A DNA stretch of 57,986 bases from Desulfobacteraceae bacterium (GCA_011390135.1 JAABSZ010000005.1:1-57986); one strand, 5' to 3'. Counted from the stretch's first letter, positions 37,210 to 46,747 are shown. The notes: generated from the letters alone by a model not told the origin. Made by a program: numbers and translations.

Positions 37210-38010
37210 ATGAAATACGGCGCGATGAACTCCCCGCTGGAGCCGATCAAAGATGAGATCAAGGCCATTGCGGAACTGGGGTTCGACTATCTGGAGCTGA
37301 CCCTGGATGCCCCCAATGCCCATTACACACTGGTGCTGAAGGAAAAGAACGAGATCCGGAGTCTGCTTGCAGACCAGAATCTCGATCTTGTCTGCCATCT
37401 GCCCACCTTTGTATATACGGCCGATCTGACCCCATCGATCCGGAAGGCATCGGTGGAGGAGATGATCCGCTCCATCGAGACGGCTGCCGACATCGGTGCG
37501 AATAAGGCCGTACTCCATCCTCCCTACCTGAGCGGCCTTGGCGGATTTGTGCCCGAGCTTTCCATGGAGTACGCCTATGAGAGCCTGGAAAAGATCACAG
37601 CGGCCGGAAGCAGTGCCGGCATCACCCTGTGCGCGGAGAACATGCCCCCGGACTGCGGCATCTTTTACAAGCCGGAGGAGTTCGAGGGACTCTTCCGCCG
37701 ATTCCCCGAGCTGCGCTTCACCTTTGACACGGGCCATGCCAACATCGGCGGGGACCCGAAGAGCCAAAAGGCCATCGGATTTATCGAACGGTACGGGGAC
37801 CGGCTGGAGCATCTCCATGTGAGCGACAACCGGGGCCGAAGCGACGATCACCTGCCCCCGGGCGCGGGCCGGATCGACTTCAAGGCCATCATAAAGGCGC
37901 TGAAAAAGATCGGCTTCGACGGCACTGCAACCTTCGAGATATTCACCCCGGACAGAAACTATCTCCGGTGGGGCCGGGACCGGTTCAAATCGCTCTGGGA
38001 GAAGTATTAA
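37210..38010 (+). CDS. Sugar-phosphate isomerase/epimerase (xylose-isomerase-like TIM barrel) family protein
   Basis: LGFDYLELTLD.., VLHPP.., CAENMP.., FTFDTGHANI.., LEHLHVSDN.G..DDHL are AP-endonuclease-2/TIM-barrel family motifs. AGGAG lies upstream of the ATG at 37210. Confidence 0.85.
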   Translation: MKYGAMNSPLEPIKDEIKAIAELGFDYLELTLDAPNAHYTLVLKEKNEIRSLLADQNLDLVCHLPTFVYTADLTPSIRKASVEEMIRSIETAADIGANKAVLHPPYLSGLGGFVPELSMEYAYESLEKITAAGSSAGITLCAENMPPDCGIFYKPEEFEGLFRRFPELRFTFDTGHANIGGDPKSQKAIGFIERYGDRLEHLHVSDNRGRSDDHLPPGAGRIDFKAIIKALKKIGFDGTATFEIFTPDRNYLRWGRDRFKSLWEKY

Positions 38011-39512
38011 CCCCCTTTGTTCTCGCCCTTCTCCCGAATCCGGCTCTCCTTTCCCCGGAAGGCGCTGGCCAACATCCCCAGGGCCACGACAACGGCTCCT
38101 GCCAGCATCGCATATTCGAACGCTGTCATGAAGGTCGATCCGATCTCAGGGCTGTAGGTCGTAAATTCCTTTCCACCGCTGAGATGGTGGAAGATGGTGT
38201 TGAAAAGGGTGCCGGCCAGGGTGACGCCGAAGACCATCCCCAGATTCCGGGATGAAGCAAGGGTTGCCGAGGCCACCCCCACTCGGGGCCGGGGAACGGC
38301 GCTCATAATGGCCGCGTTGTTGGGGGGAACAAAGATCGCAGTGCCGATACCGGCCAGCGCCATCCGCCATCCGATATCGATATATCCGGCATCCGGGGTG
38401 AGGCGGGAGAGAAAGAAGAGCGCCGCGCTCAATCCGCCGAGGCCGGCGGTGCAGAGAACCCGGGAGCCGATCCGGTCCGAAAGGCTTCCCGAGATCGGAG
38501 AGAGGAGAAAGAGAAAGAAGAAGGGAATCACCATCACATACCCGGCATGCTGCACCGGAACCCCCATCGGGTGGATCATGAAGAAGGGCATCAGAAAGAT
38601 CAGGACAAAGAGCCCCACAAAGAGGATCATGGCCGAGATGAGCGGCAGGGTGAACATCCGGATCTTTAATATGGCCGGGTCGATGAGGGGCGGGTCGATA
38701 TGTCGCTCCGCGATGACCAGCCCGATCAGTGCGGCAGCCGAGAGGCCGCAGAGCATCAGAAAGGAGAGGGAGCCGTAGCCCCAGTCATAGCCCCGGGAGA
38801 CCGCATAGATGAACGGGGCCAGGGAGAAGGTGAGCAGGAGCGCGCCGGCCCAGTCAAAGGGCTCGGGACGGATCTCGTCGGCTGCACTCCCCTTTAGAAT
38901 CCGAGACACGATCCACGCGGCCACGATCCCGATGGGGACGTTGATGTAGAAGATGAACTGCCAGGAGAGGATACTCACGATCCAGCCGCCCAGTGCCGGC
39001 CCCAGAGTCAGCCCCGAGGCCACAACGGTTCCCATCATCCCCAGAGCCTTTCCCCGCTCTGCAGCCGGAAACGCATCGGCCACCAGCGCGGGGGTGCAGG
39101 CCATGATCATGGCCGCGCCCACCCCCTGGAACGCGCGCGCGGCAATGAGCCAGCGCGCGGTCGAGGCCATCCCGCAGAAGAGGGAACCGGCCGCAAAGAT
39201 GAGCAGCCCCCGGCTGTAGACCCAGCGCCGGCCCCGGATGTCACTGAGCCGGCCGAAGCTCAGCAGCAGCGAGGAGACCGTTAGCAGGTAGATCATCATG
39301 ACCCACTCGATCACCGACAGGGAGGAGTCGAGATCCTCCATGATGACCGGCAGCGCGATGTTGACGATGCTGCCGTCCAGGGTGGACATGAAGATGCCGA
39401 TGGAGACCAGCGCGAAGACGACCCAGCGGTTGGGATCTGTGGCCTCCTCTGAAGGGCCGTCCGTTTTGAAGGGCTTCAATAGGGAGGCTCCGCAGGGCCC
39501 CCATATCCGCAC
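38007..39512 (-). CDS. MFS transporter, DHA2 type (second copy, convergent)
   Basis: STLDGSIVNIALPVI..DL, GRLSDIRGRR, ~14 TM segments. The start is uncertain because it overlaps the upstream gene by 37 nt. Confidence 0.85.
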   Translation of the reverse strand: MRIWGPCGASLLKPFKTDGPSEEATDPNRWVVFALVSIGIFMSTLDGSIVNIALPVIMEDLDSSLSVIEWVMMIYLLTVSSLLLSFGRLSDIRGRRWVYSRGLLIFAAGSLFCGMASTARWLIAARAFQGVGAAMIMACTPALVADAFPAAERGKALGMMGTVVASGLTLGPALGGWIVSILSWQFIFYINVPIGIVAAWIVSRILKGSAADEIRPEPFDWAGALLLTFSLAPFIYAVSRGYDWGYGSLSFLMLCGLSAAALIGLVIAERHIDPPLIDPAILKIRMFTLPLISAMILFVGLFVLIFLMPFFMIHPMGVPVQHAGYVMVIPFFFLFLLSPISGSLSDRIGSRVLCTAGLGGLSAALFFLSRLTPDAGYIDIGWRMALAGIGTAIFVPPNNAAIMSAVPRPRVGVASATLASSRNLGMVFGVTLAGTLFNTIFHHLSGGKEFTTYSPEIGSTFMTAFEYAMLAGAVVVALGMLASAFRGKESRIREKGENKGG

Positions 39513-40159
39513 ACCCCCACCCGCGGGGAGTTGACCACCGGCAAGGGTCCGCCGTAGTTATTATGAGGATGTTTTTTTACATGTCGATCACACAGGCCTC
39601 CCATCCTCCCCTCATCGTTGCATTCAATGCAGAGCCATTTCGACTGCTCGCCGCACACCTGGCACGGAGCATTCGGGATCTGGTTTCTGGCCATCAGAAA
39701 GATCGGATGTCCGGTCAAAGGCTTTCCCTCTCTCTCCTCGATCACCTTGATGAGGGTTTCGGTGGTCGAGCCGAAATCATAAAGATGGATCAGTTCGGTT
39801 CCCGGGGAGAAGACCTCGTCGGCCGGGGTCTCCATCGAGACGGTTTTCTGCTCGTTCCATGCCTCGAAGGTGAACTCGCTCAGATGGCCGCAGCACTCGA
39901 GCCATATCGCTTTCAAGTAGGCATCCAGATATTCCATGGCTGCACTCCCCTTCATCTCAAGGTGCAGCCAGAAATCCTTCATATAGGCATTCTCGACCAG
40001 CAGATGGTAGATGTTCTGTCCCCTCTCCTTTTTTTCATCGGCCTTCTTTATGGCCTCTTCCCGTGCTTCGCACGATTTGAGATGACGGATCATCCAACCC
40101 TTTGCCGTCTCCTTCCCGCAGAATTCGCATTTTCCCCGGATCTGTTTTTTTGCCGCCAT
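39476..40159 (-). CDS. Plasmid pRiA4b ORF-3-like domain protein with N- and C-terminal Cys-rich zinc-binding segments (tentative family call)
   Basis: The central ..WLECCGHLSEF..ELIHLYDFGSTTETLIKV resembles the YDFGD.W.H core of the PRiA4_ORF3 family. The C-terminus reads CQVCGE..CIEC..LCDRHVKKH..VVNSPRVGVCGY. Family recalled from memory only. Confidence 0.5.
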   Translation of the reverse strand: MAAKKQIRGKCEFCGKETAKGWMIRHLKSCEAREEAIKKADEKKERGQNIYHLLVENAYMKDFWLHLEMKGSAAMEYLDAYLKAIWLECCGHLSEFTFEAWNEQKTVSMETPADEVFSPGTELIHLYDFGSTTETLIKVIEEREGKPLTGHPIFLMARNQIPNAPCQVCGEQSKWLCIECNDEGRMGGLCDRHVKKHPHNNYGGPLPVVNSPRVGVCGYGGPAEPPY

Positions 40160-40390
40160 CGATTCCTGCTCCTTCCTCTGTTCTTAATTGATCTTTTTTC
40201 TACGATCCCAATGAACACCCATGAAAAACCTACTGATCTCCCCTGCTGAAGTCAAGGAAATTGTCTGGAAGGAGAGCTTTAAGCTGTGGGATCTTTGCAA
40301 AAACGGTTGAAGTTTTATATCGCTTGTTGTAAGCCTTTCTAATGGAGAATTTTCAAACCCTCAAACCCAAATGAAAGCAGAGGGGATCGA

Positions 40391-40939
40391 ATGAGCATTG
40401 ATAACCTGAATGAAGAAGAGAAGCGTTTTTTGACCGCGCTCTGGGATGCGGTTGGCAAAGATCCGGCCGGAAAGGCATCCATGTATGATGTCGGGGCCGC
40501 GGTCGGCATGGACAGGGACGCGGCCTCTCATGCGGCCCAGGAGCTGATGGGATGGAATTTTGCCGAAGTCCGGACCCTTTCCGGCGATATCGGGGTCACC
40601 GCGGAGGGCGCTGCCGCGATGGATTCGGCCGGCAGGGGAAAACCAGCGGAAGGGGGCGGGGTTGCCTTGGGAAATGATCCGGTTCCGGATCAAAATGTGC
40701 AGGAGGGGATCGAGGAACTGGCTGCGAAATTGAAGGCCGGCGCGGCTCAATCGGGCCTCGACTACGAGCGGCTTTCGGAGCTGATGGCCGACATCCGGAC
40801 CCTGGATGCACAGATCTCCTCCCCCCGCCCGAAAACCTCCATCATTCGGGAGTGCTTTCGTTCCATCCAAAAGGTACTGGAAAAGACAGATGCAGCCGAT
40901 CTTGCGGCACGGGTCGCGGCAGTATTGAAAGAATCCTAA
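40391..40939 (+). CDS. Hypothetical protein (182 aa)
   Basis: Clean ORF with typical codon usage, directly upstream of the PilZ gene. No family recognised. Confidence 0.6.
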   Translation: MSIDNLNEEEKRFLTALWDAVGKDPAGKASMYDVGAAVGMDRDAASHAAQELMGWNFAEVRTLSGDIGVTAEGAAAMDSAGRGKPAEGGGVALGNDPVPDQNVQEGIEELAAKLKAGAAQSGLDYERLSELMADIRTLDAQISSPRPKTSIIRECFRSIQKVLEKTDAADLAARVAAVLKES

Positions 40940-40957
40940 CCATCAGGGGCTTTGCAA

Positions 40958-41449
40958 ATGACAGTAAGAAAAGCCTTTATCAAAAATGACAAAGCGACAT
41001 TCGTCTGCCCCAACTGCGGAGAGGCCAAGGCCGCGGATGTTTCCAAATTCAAGGATCTGAAAAGAGCCATCCGGGTCAAGCGGCGCTGTGCCTGCGGATA
41101 CACCAGCAGTTTTCTGCTGGAACGGCGGCAGTTCTTTCGAAAGGATGTCAACATCCCCGGAACTTTCCGCCTCGGCAAAGGAACGGTTCAGCACAAAATG
41201 GCGGTTCAGGACCTCTCCCGCTCCGGGGTCAAAATGGAGGTGGAGAATGGCGAGCTTCTCCGGGTGGGGGACCATCTCTTTCTGGAGTTCCATCTCGACA
41301 ACAAGCAGAAGACCCTGATCCAGAAAGAGGTGATCGTCAAAAGCATCTCCGGCAAGGAACTGGGGACCGAATTCACCTCCAGAGATCCTAACAACCCCAT
41401 TGACAAGGCGTATGACCTGGCCATCGGATTCTACACCTTTATCCGGTGA
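40958..41449 (+). CDS. PilZ-domain (c-di-GMP-binding) protein with N-terminal CxxC..CxC zinc ribbon
   Basis: RRQFFRKDV (RxxxR) and DLSRSGVKM (D/NxSxxG) are the PilZ signatures. N-terminal CPNCGE..CACG. I prefer the ATG at 40958 to the TTG at 40952. Confidence 0.8.
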   Translation: MTVRKAFIKNDKATFVCPNCGEAKAADVSKFKDLKRAIRVKRRCACGYTSSFLLERRQFFRKDVNIPGTFRLGKGTVQHKMAVQDLSRSGVKMEVENGELLRVGDHLFLEFHLDNKQKTLIQKEVIVKSISGKELGTEFTSRDPNNPIDKAYDLAIGFYTFIR

Positions 41450-41492
41450 GCCATTTTTTATTTTATCCCCCCGACCCAAAAGGAGACAGAGA

Positions 41493-43139
41493 ATGACGGT
41501 TGACCTTATCCAACGGACCCCATCGGCATACAACTACCCGCTGCTGATCAAGAACCTCCTCACCACACCGCTGATCTACTCCCCGGAGCAGGAGATCGTC
41601 TATCGGGATCTGAAGCGGTATAACTATCGCACCTTGAACGAGCGGATTCACCGCCTGGCCAACGCCCTGGAGAAGATCGGCGTGAAACAGGGGGACACGG
41701 TCGCGGTGATGGACTGGGACAGCAACCGGTATCTGGAGTGCTTTTTCGCGGTTCCGATGACGGGCGCGGTACTTCACACCATCAACATCCGCCTCTCCCC
41801 GGAGCAGCTCATCTACACCATAAACCATGCAGAAGATGATGTGATCCTGGTCAATGCCGATTTTCTGCCCCTGCTGGAGGCGGTCAAGGATCAGTTCACC
41901 ACCGTGAAGAAGCTGGTGCTGATGACTGACGGGGAGAAGTCCCCCAAGACGACACTGGAATTTGCGGCAGAATACGAGGATCTGCTGGCAGAATCGGACA
42001 CATCCTATGATTTCCCCGACTTTGACGAGAATGCCCGGGCCACCACCTTCTACACCACCGGAACCACCGGCATGCCCAAGGGGGTCTATTTCAGCCACCG
42101 GCAGCTCGTCCTCCACACCTTCGGCGTTGCCACCGCGCTGGGGATCTTCAAATCGATGTTCAGCATCGGCTCCGACGACATCTACATGCCCCTGACCCCA
42201 ATGTTCCACGTCCATGCCTGGGGGGTCCCCTATCTCTGTACCATGATGGGAACCAAACAGGTCTATCCGGGCCGGTACGAGCCGGATACGATCCTCTCCC
42301 TCATTCAAAATGAGGGCGTCACCTTCTCCCACTGCGTGCCCACGATCCTGCATATGCTCTTGACCAGCCCCAAGGCAAAGGAAGTTGATCTTAACGGCTG
42401 GAAGGTGATCATCGGCGGATCGGCCCTCTCCCGGGGGCTCTGCAAGGCCGCGATGGAGCGGGGGATCAATCTCACCACCGGCTACGGGATGTCCGAGACC
42501 TGCCCTATTCTGACCATCGCCAATTTAAAGCCGGATATGCTCGACTGGGAGGCCGACGCACAGGCCGAGATCCGGTGCCGCACGGGCCTTCCCATCCCGC
42601 TGGTCGATCTGGAGATTCTGGATCTGGATGGAAATCCGGTCCCCCACGACGCGAAGAGTACCGGCGAGGTGACGGCCCGAACCCCGTGGCTCACCCAGGG
42701 GTATCTCAAGGAGCCGGAGATGAGCGAGCAGCTCTGGCAGGGGGGCCGCCTCCACACCGGCGACATCGGCTGGATCGACCCGGACGGATATCTGCAGATC
42801 ACGGACCGTCTCAAGGATGTGATCAAGACCGGCGGGGAATGGGTGTCATCGCTGCAGGTGGAGGACATCGTCAGCCAGCATGAGGCCGTGAGCGAGGTCG
42901 CGGTCATCGGCGTTCCGGACGAGAAGTGGGGAGAGCGGCCCCTGGCGCTGGTTGTTCTCAGAGAAGAATACAAGGGAAAGGTTTCAGAGGCCGATATCAA
43001 GAATTTCTGCATGAAGTATTACGAGGACGGAATCATTCCCAAATATGGCGTGCCGGAGCGGGTTGCCATTGTGGATACCATCGCGAAGACGAGTGTTGGA
43101 AAAATCAACAAGAAGGTGCTGCGGAAGGAGTTTTTGTAA
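41493..43139 (+). CDS. AMP-dependent acyl-CoA synthetase (fatty-acid--CoA ligase family)
   Basis: FYTTGTTGMPKGVYFSH (AMP-binding P-loop), TGYGMSET, HTGDIG..DPDGYL.ITDR.KD.IK.GGE and GKI.KK. AAGGAG lies upstream of the ATG at 41493. Confidence 0.9.
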   Translation: MTVDLIQRTPSAYNYPLLIKNLLTTPLIYSPEQEIVYRDLKRYNYRTLNERIHRLANALEKIGVKQGDTVAVMDWDSNRYLECFFAVPMTGAVLHTINIRLSPEQLIYTINHAEDDVILVNADFLPLLEAVKDQFTTVKKLVLMTDGEKSPKTTLEFAAEYEDLLAESDTSYDFPDFDENARATTFYTTGTTGMPKGVYFSHRQLVLHTFGVATALGIFKSMFSIGSDDIYMPLTPMFHVHAWGVPYLCTMMGTKQVYPGRYEPDTILSLIQNEGVTFSHCVPTILHMLLTSPKAKEVDLNGWKVIIGGSALSRGLCKAAMERGINLTTGYGMSETCPILTIANLKPDMLDWEADAQAEIRCRTGLPIPLVDLEILDLDGNPVPHDAKSTGEVTARTPWLTQGYLKEPEMSEQLWQGGRLHTGDIGWIDPDGYLQITDRLKDVIKTGGEWVSSLQVEDIVSQHEAVSEVAVIGVPDEKWGERPLALVVLREEYKGKVSEADIKNFCMKYYEDGIIPKYGVPERVAIVDTIAKTSVGKINKKVLRKEFL

Positions 43140-43150
43140 GACTCCGGTGA

Positions 43151-43184
43151 AACGGGATCAGAAAGATTCATTCCTGATCCCGTT
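43151..43184 (+). terminator. Hairpin downstream of the acyl-CoA ligase gene
   Basis: AACGGGATCAG-(12-nt loop)-CTGATCCCGTT, an 11-bp perfect stem 12 nt after the stop. The U-tract is poor (GUUGAAG). Confidence 0.5.
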
Positions 43185-43335
43185 GTTGAAGTGCGCCGGC
43201 GGGGAAGTCATATCGTGATGCAAAAGCAGCTTGCAGATACAACGATTACAATACCGGTTCCAAATCATATGGAATTACAGCGGCGAGTTCAAAAGGTTAT
43301 CGTAAATTCCAAATAGCCTTCAGCGCAGACCATTA

Positions 43336-44250
43336 TCAGGGGATCGGCACTTCCAAAAAAAGCGAAAGCAGTCGATCCCTCGGAATCTCGGTTCGATCCT
43401 CCGCAGATCGGAGCCTGTGCCCCACCACCCAGGGAAGCACCGTCTGGAGATCTTCGGGTATGGCATAGTCTCTGCCGTGGATGTAGGCCCAGGAGCGGAC
43501 CGCGCGCAACAGCGCTATGCCGGCTCTGGGAGAGAGGCCCACATAAAAATGGGGCGATGTGCGGGTAAAGATAATAAGATCCTGGAGATACTCCAGAAAA
43601 GCATCCGAGACATGAACCTCTCCGATCTTCTTCTGGATATCCACAACCTGCTCCCGGAGGATGCAGGGCTTCATGTCTCCAACAAGCTGCTGGGTTCCCT
43701 CCTCCCGTAATAGCCGGTTTTCAGCCTCCCGTCCCGGATAGCCGATTTCGATGCGCATGAGAAAACGGTCCAACTGGGATTCGGGCAGGGGAAAGGTTCC
43801 GGACTGCTCCAAAGGATTCTGGGTCGCAATCACGAAAAAGGGCTTCTCCAGAGCGCGGGTATTCCCCTCCATAGTCACCTGTCCCTCCTCCATCGCCTCG
43901 AGCAATGCACTCTGGGTCTTGGGGGTGGCCCGGTTGATCTCGTCGGCCAGGAGTACCTGGGTGAAGATGGGCCCTGGATGAAAGACAAAGGAGCCGGTCT
44001 TCTGCTCAAAGATGGAGATCCCAAGAATATCCCCCGGCAGCATGTCGCTGGTAAACTGGATGCGCCGAAAATTGAGCCCCAGACAGACCGACAGCACCTT
44101 GGCCAGTGTTGTCTTGCCGATCCCCGGCAGGTCCTCGATGAGAAGATGCCCTTTTGCAAAGAGGCAGGCCAGCGCCAGCCTAATCTCCTGATCCTTTCCC
44201 AGAACCACATGGCCGATCTGATCGACGATTTTTTCGAATATCGGATTCAT
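43336..44250 (-). CDS. MoxR-family AAA+ ATPase
   Basis: VLGKDQEIRLALACLFAKGHLLIEDLPGIGKTTLAK, VLLADEINRATPKTQSALLEAMEE and FFVIATQNP are MoxR/RavA-type motifs. The start is set at MNPIFEK (44250). Confidence 0.9.
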   Translation of the reverse strand: MNPIFEKIVDQIGHVVLGKDQEIRLALACLFAKGHLLIEDLPGIGKTTLAKVLSVCLGLNFRRIQFTSDMLPGDILGISIFEQKTGSFVFHPGPIFTQVLLADEINRATPKTQSALLEAMEEGQVTMEGNTRALEKPFFVIATQNPLEQSGTFPLPESQLDRFLMRIEIGYPGREAENRLLREEGTQQLVGDMKPCILREQVVDIQKKIGEVHVSDAFLEYLQDLIIFTRTSPHFYVGLSPRAGIALLRAVRSWAYIHGRDYAIPEDLQTVLPWVVGHRLRSAEDRTEIPRDRLLSLFLEVPIP

Positions 44251-44895
44251 ACCGCTTTCATCACCTGAAAGGGGCGGGATCTCTCCTGCCCCATAAGTTA
44301 CTTGTCCTCTTCTGCCATCCGGTAGAGCGCGGGCCGATGACGAACATGAAGCCGAGGATAGCACCAATCCCAGAGGATCAACCCCATCCAGCCCTTTTTC
44401 AGATCCGTACCAGCACCCTTTGCTCCGGTATCGGCATAGACATGGCCATTATTATTACTGCCATCCTTTTGCCGGAAATGCAACACTGTAGAGAAAAAAG
44501 ATCGTATTCACACTCTTTTTGGATAAAAATCTGACCGGCCTGTCAAGATCCGCTCCCGGCATCTCCTTTTCTTTTCTCCATTATCTTTTTTCTTCCTTTA
44601 CAGAAACTATCCCCAGAATAAAGCGATCGATCCGTTAGAAAAATGGGCCGCAAGGTGTATTTAATAGCGATCAAGAGAGTAATACTGTTTCTGAGCTTGC
44701 GCCCGGCATCAGGACAACGGAATAAGGGGCCGGAGCCTAAGCGGATAAGTGCAAAGCGTTTTTTGAAAAATAGGGTAGGAACCGAGGGAGGATTAGAGTA
44801 TCCGGATCGCTGAAATACAGACTTTACCTACTTATTTTCCCAATGCAAAGGGTTTAGAGTTAGAGCCAACATTGAAAGAACCAAGGAGTGATATT

Positions 44896-45816
44896 TTGAC
44901 AACGGCAAAAGAACAATATGACATCGTGATTATCGGATCGGGGCCCGCAGGACTTCAGGCCGCCATCCACGGCGCAAGAGCCAAAACGGACGTGGCTGTG
45001 CTGGGCAGGCTGAAGCGAAGCTCCCTGCACAAGGCTCATGTGGAAAACTACTGCTGCACCAGCAACCTCTCCAGCGGCGAGGAGATGCTGGCGCAGGGAA
45101 AAGATCAGGCCGAGCGGTTCGGTGCGGATTTCTTTGACGAGGATGTACTGGATATCGAAGAGAATGCAGACGGGGGGTTTGTCATTACTCTGGAATCCAG
45201 GACCATTATCCGCACCTGGACCGTTATTCTTGCCATGGGAATCTCCAGAAACCGGCTCAAGGTTCCCGGAGAAAAGGAGCTGCAGGCCAAAGGCGTGAGC
45301 TACTGTGTGGACTGCGATGGCAACTTCTACAAGAATCAGCCGGTCGCGGTGGTGGGGGAAGGGAGCGCGGCCGCAGCAGGCGCGCTCACTCTTCTGATGA
45401 TCGCGGGCGAAGTTCACCTGATCTACCGGAACCTGGATGTGGATGAGCGACTCGTTGATCATATCCAGAGCAGCAGCATCATTACCCATCCGGGCAGATG
45501 GATCTCGGCCATCCAGGGCGAGGAGGCGGTGGAGGCGGTTCTTCTGGACAATGATGAGACCGTGAAGGTCAGTGCGGTCTTTGTGGAACTCGGGGCCAAA
45601 GGCGCACTGGAGATCGCCACTAAGATCGGCGTGGCACTGGATATGGAGGATATCCGCTTTATCCAGGTGGACCGAAAACAGCAGACGAATATTCCCGGTG
45701 CTTACGCGGCCGGTGATATCTGCGGCCCTCCCTGGCAGATGGCAAAGGCCATCGGAGAAGGATGTGTTGCCGGACTGGAGGCCGCAGCCTATGCAAAGAA
45801 GAGACGCAGAAAATAA
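44896..45816 (+). CDS. Thioredoxin-reductase-like FAD/NAD(P)-dependent oxidoreductase
   Basis: YDIVIIGSGPAGLQAAI (FAD GxGxxG), SYCVDCDG (CxxC redox centre at the TrxB position), VAVVGEGSAAA and AAGDI. I prefer the TTG at 44896, 7 nt after AAGGAG, over the track TTG at 44872. Confidence 0.85.
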   Translation: MTTAKEQYDIVIIGSGPAGLQAAIHGARAKTDVAVLGRLKRSSLHKAHVENYCCTSNLSSGEEMLAQGKDQAERFGADFFDEDVLDIEENADGGFVITLESRTIIRTWTVILAMGISRNRLKVPGEKELQAKGVSYCVDCDGNFYKNQPVAVVGEGSAAAAGALTLLMIAGEVHLIYRNLDVDERLVDHIQSSSIITHPGRWISAIQGEEAVEAVLLDNDETVKVSAVFVELGAKGALEIATKIGVALDMEDIRFIQVDRKQQTNIPGAYAAGDICGPPWQMAKAIGEGCVAGLEAAAYAKKRRRK

Positions 45817-45843
45817 AAAAGCTATTCTGAAGGAGGTGATCCC

Positions 45844-46008
45844 ATGACTGGCAAGAGCGTAGAAAAGTATTGTCCGACATGTAAGAAAAAAACCCGCTGG
45901 GTAGAGATGCAGCGCTGGATCAAATCTTTTGCCGCGCCCAACATCTCACCGGCCAAGAGATCCGATGGTTGGAAGTGTATGGCATGTCACGGCCATCAGT
46001 CGATATAA
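45844..46008 (+). CDS. 54-aa zinc-ribbon mini-protein (below the ORF-track cutoff)
   Basis: My translation: MTGKSVEKYCPTCKKKTRWVEMQRWIKSFAAPNISPAKRSDGWKCMACHGHQSI. It has CxxC..CxxC, GAAGGAGG 6 nt upstream of the ATG, and sits 27 nt after the TrxR-like stop. Confidence 0.6.
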   Translation: MTGKSVEKYCPTCKKKTRWVEMQRWIKSFAAPNISPAKRSDGWKCMACHGHQSI

Positions 46009-46161
46009 ATGAATGAAATGCAGATGAATAATGAAGATTGCATATACTGTGGTTATCCCTCGGAAATGGGGGTTTGACTGTATTTACCCCTACACCGGAA
46101 TCGTTTAGTGATAGTGAAAACTCAAATTTTATCACAACCCTTATTAGGGAGGATTCAGATC

Positions 46162-46443
46162 ATGGCAGGCAACTTCGGAATATACATACATAAGAACAGT
46201 GACAATCTTCACCTGAAACTGACGGGAGATTTCGACGGCAGCTCCGCACACGAGCTTATCAATGTGCTGCAGCGGTACTCCGGCAACACCACAAAGGTCT
46301 TCATTCATACCGATGCGCTCAAAGATGTCCACCCGTTTGGCCGCAATGTTTTTCACAAAAATCTTCAGATTCTCAACGGAAGCCGTCCAACCATGTTGTT
46401 TACCGGGGAGAACGCCGCACAGCTCGATCCGACGACACACTAG
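46162..46443 (+). CDS. Small STAS-like (anti-sigma-antagonist-fold?) protein
   Basis: MAGNFGIYIHKNSDNLHLKLTGDFDGSSAHELINVLQ.. AGGGAGG RBS present. The fold assignment is tentative. Confidence 0.6.
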   Translation: MAGNFGIYIHKNSDNLHLKLTGDFDGSSAHELINVLQRYSGNTTKVFIHTDALKDVHPFGRNVFHKNLQILNGSRPTMLFTGENAAQLDPTTH

Positions 46444-46495
46444 AATCCGACTGACCCAGCCGCTGCGGAGGCATCCCATTCCAACGGAGACGAAG

Positions 46496-46747
46496 ATGCA
46501 ACCTACAAGGAGAAAAAAGATGGCGATCAAGACGAACCCGGTCCGGAAATCCGGCATGAGAAACATCTACTGTCCCCATTACGAGGGATGTCTCGATTAC
46601 TCTGCAAAGCGGAACTGGCAGTTCTGGGACTGTTCCCAGTGCTCCCATAAGGCCATTCAAAGACCCATTGTAGAGGATCATGTCCTGGTAAAGGATGCCT
46701 CTCCCTGCTATGAGCTGCCCGCCAACATCAGCTCGTATATCAATTGA
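46496..46747 (+). CDS. Small Cys-rich protein, unknown function
   Basis: ..YCPHYEGCLDYSAKRNWQFWDCSQCSHK.. Two candidate starts each have an SD: ATG 46496 (GGAGA) and ATG 46520 (AGGAG). Confidence 0.55.
   Translation: MQPTRRKKMAIKTNPVRKSGMRNIYCPHYEGCLDYSAKRNWQFWDCSQCSHKAIQRPIVEDHVLVKDASPCYELPANISSYIN

Noticed and set aside
44298-44534. Two overlapping small ORFs (62 aa on the minus strand, 65 aa on the plus strand) in the MoxR/TrxR-like intergenic gap.
   Set aside because: They are mutually antisense, lack Shine-Dalgarno sequences, contain no recognisable motifs, and have atypical composition.
46009-46077. 22-codon ORF (MNEMQMNNEDCIYCGYPSEMGV) starting at the ATG immediately after, and in frame with, the TAA of the 54-aa zinc-ribbon gene.
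   Set aside because: It has no separate RBS, is too short to evaluate, and shows no recognisable precursor-peptide context. It could be a reinitiation or read-through extension adding a third CxxC, but I cannot support that from sequence alone.
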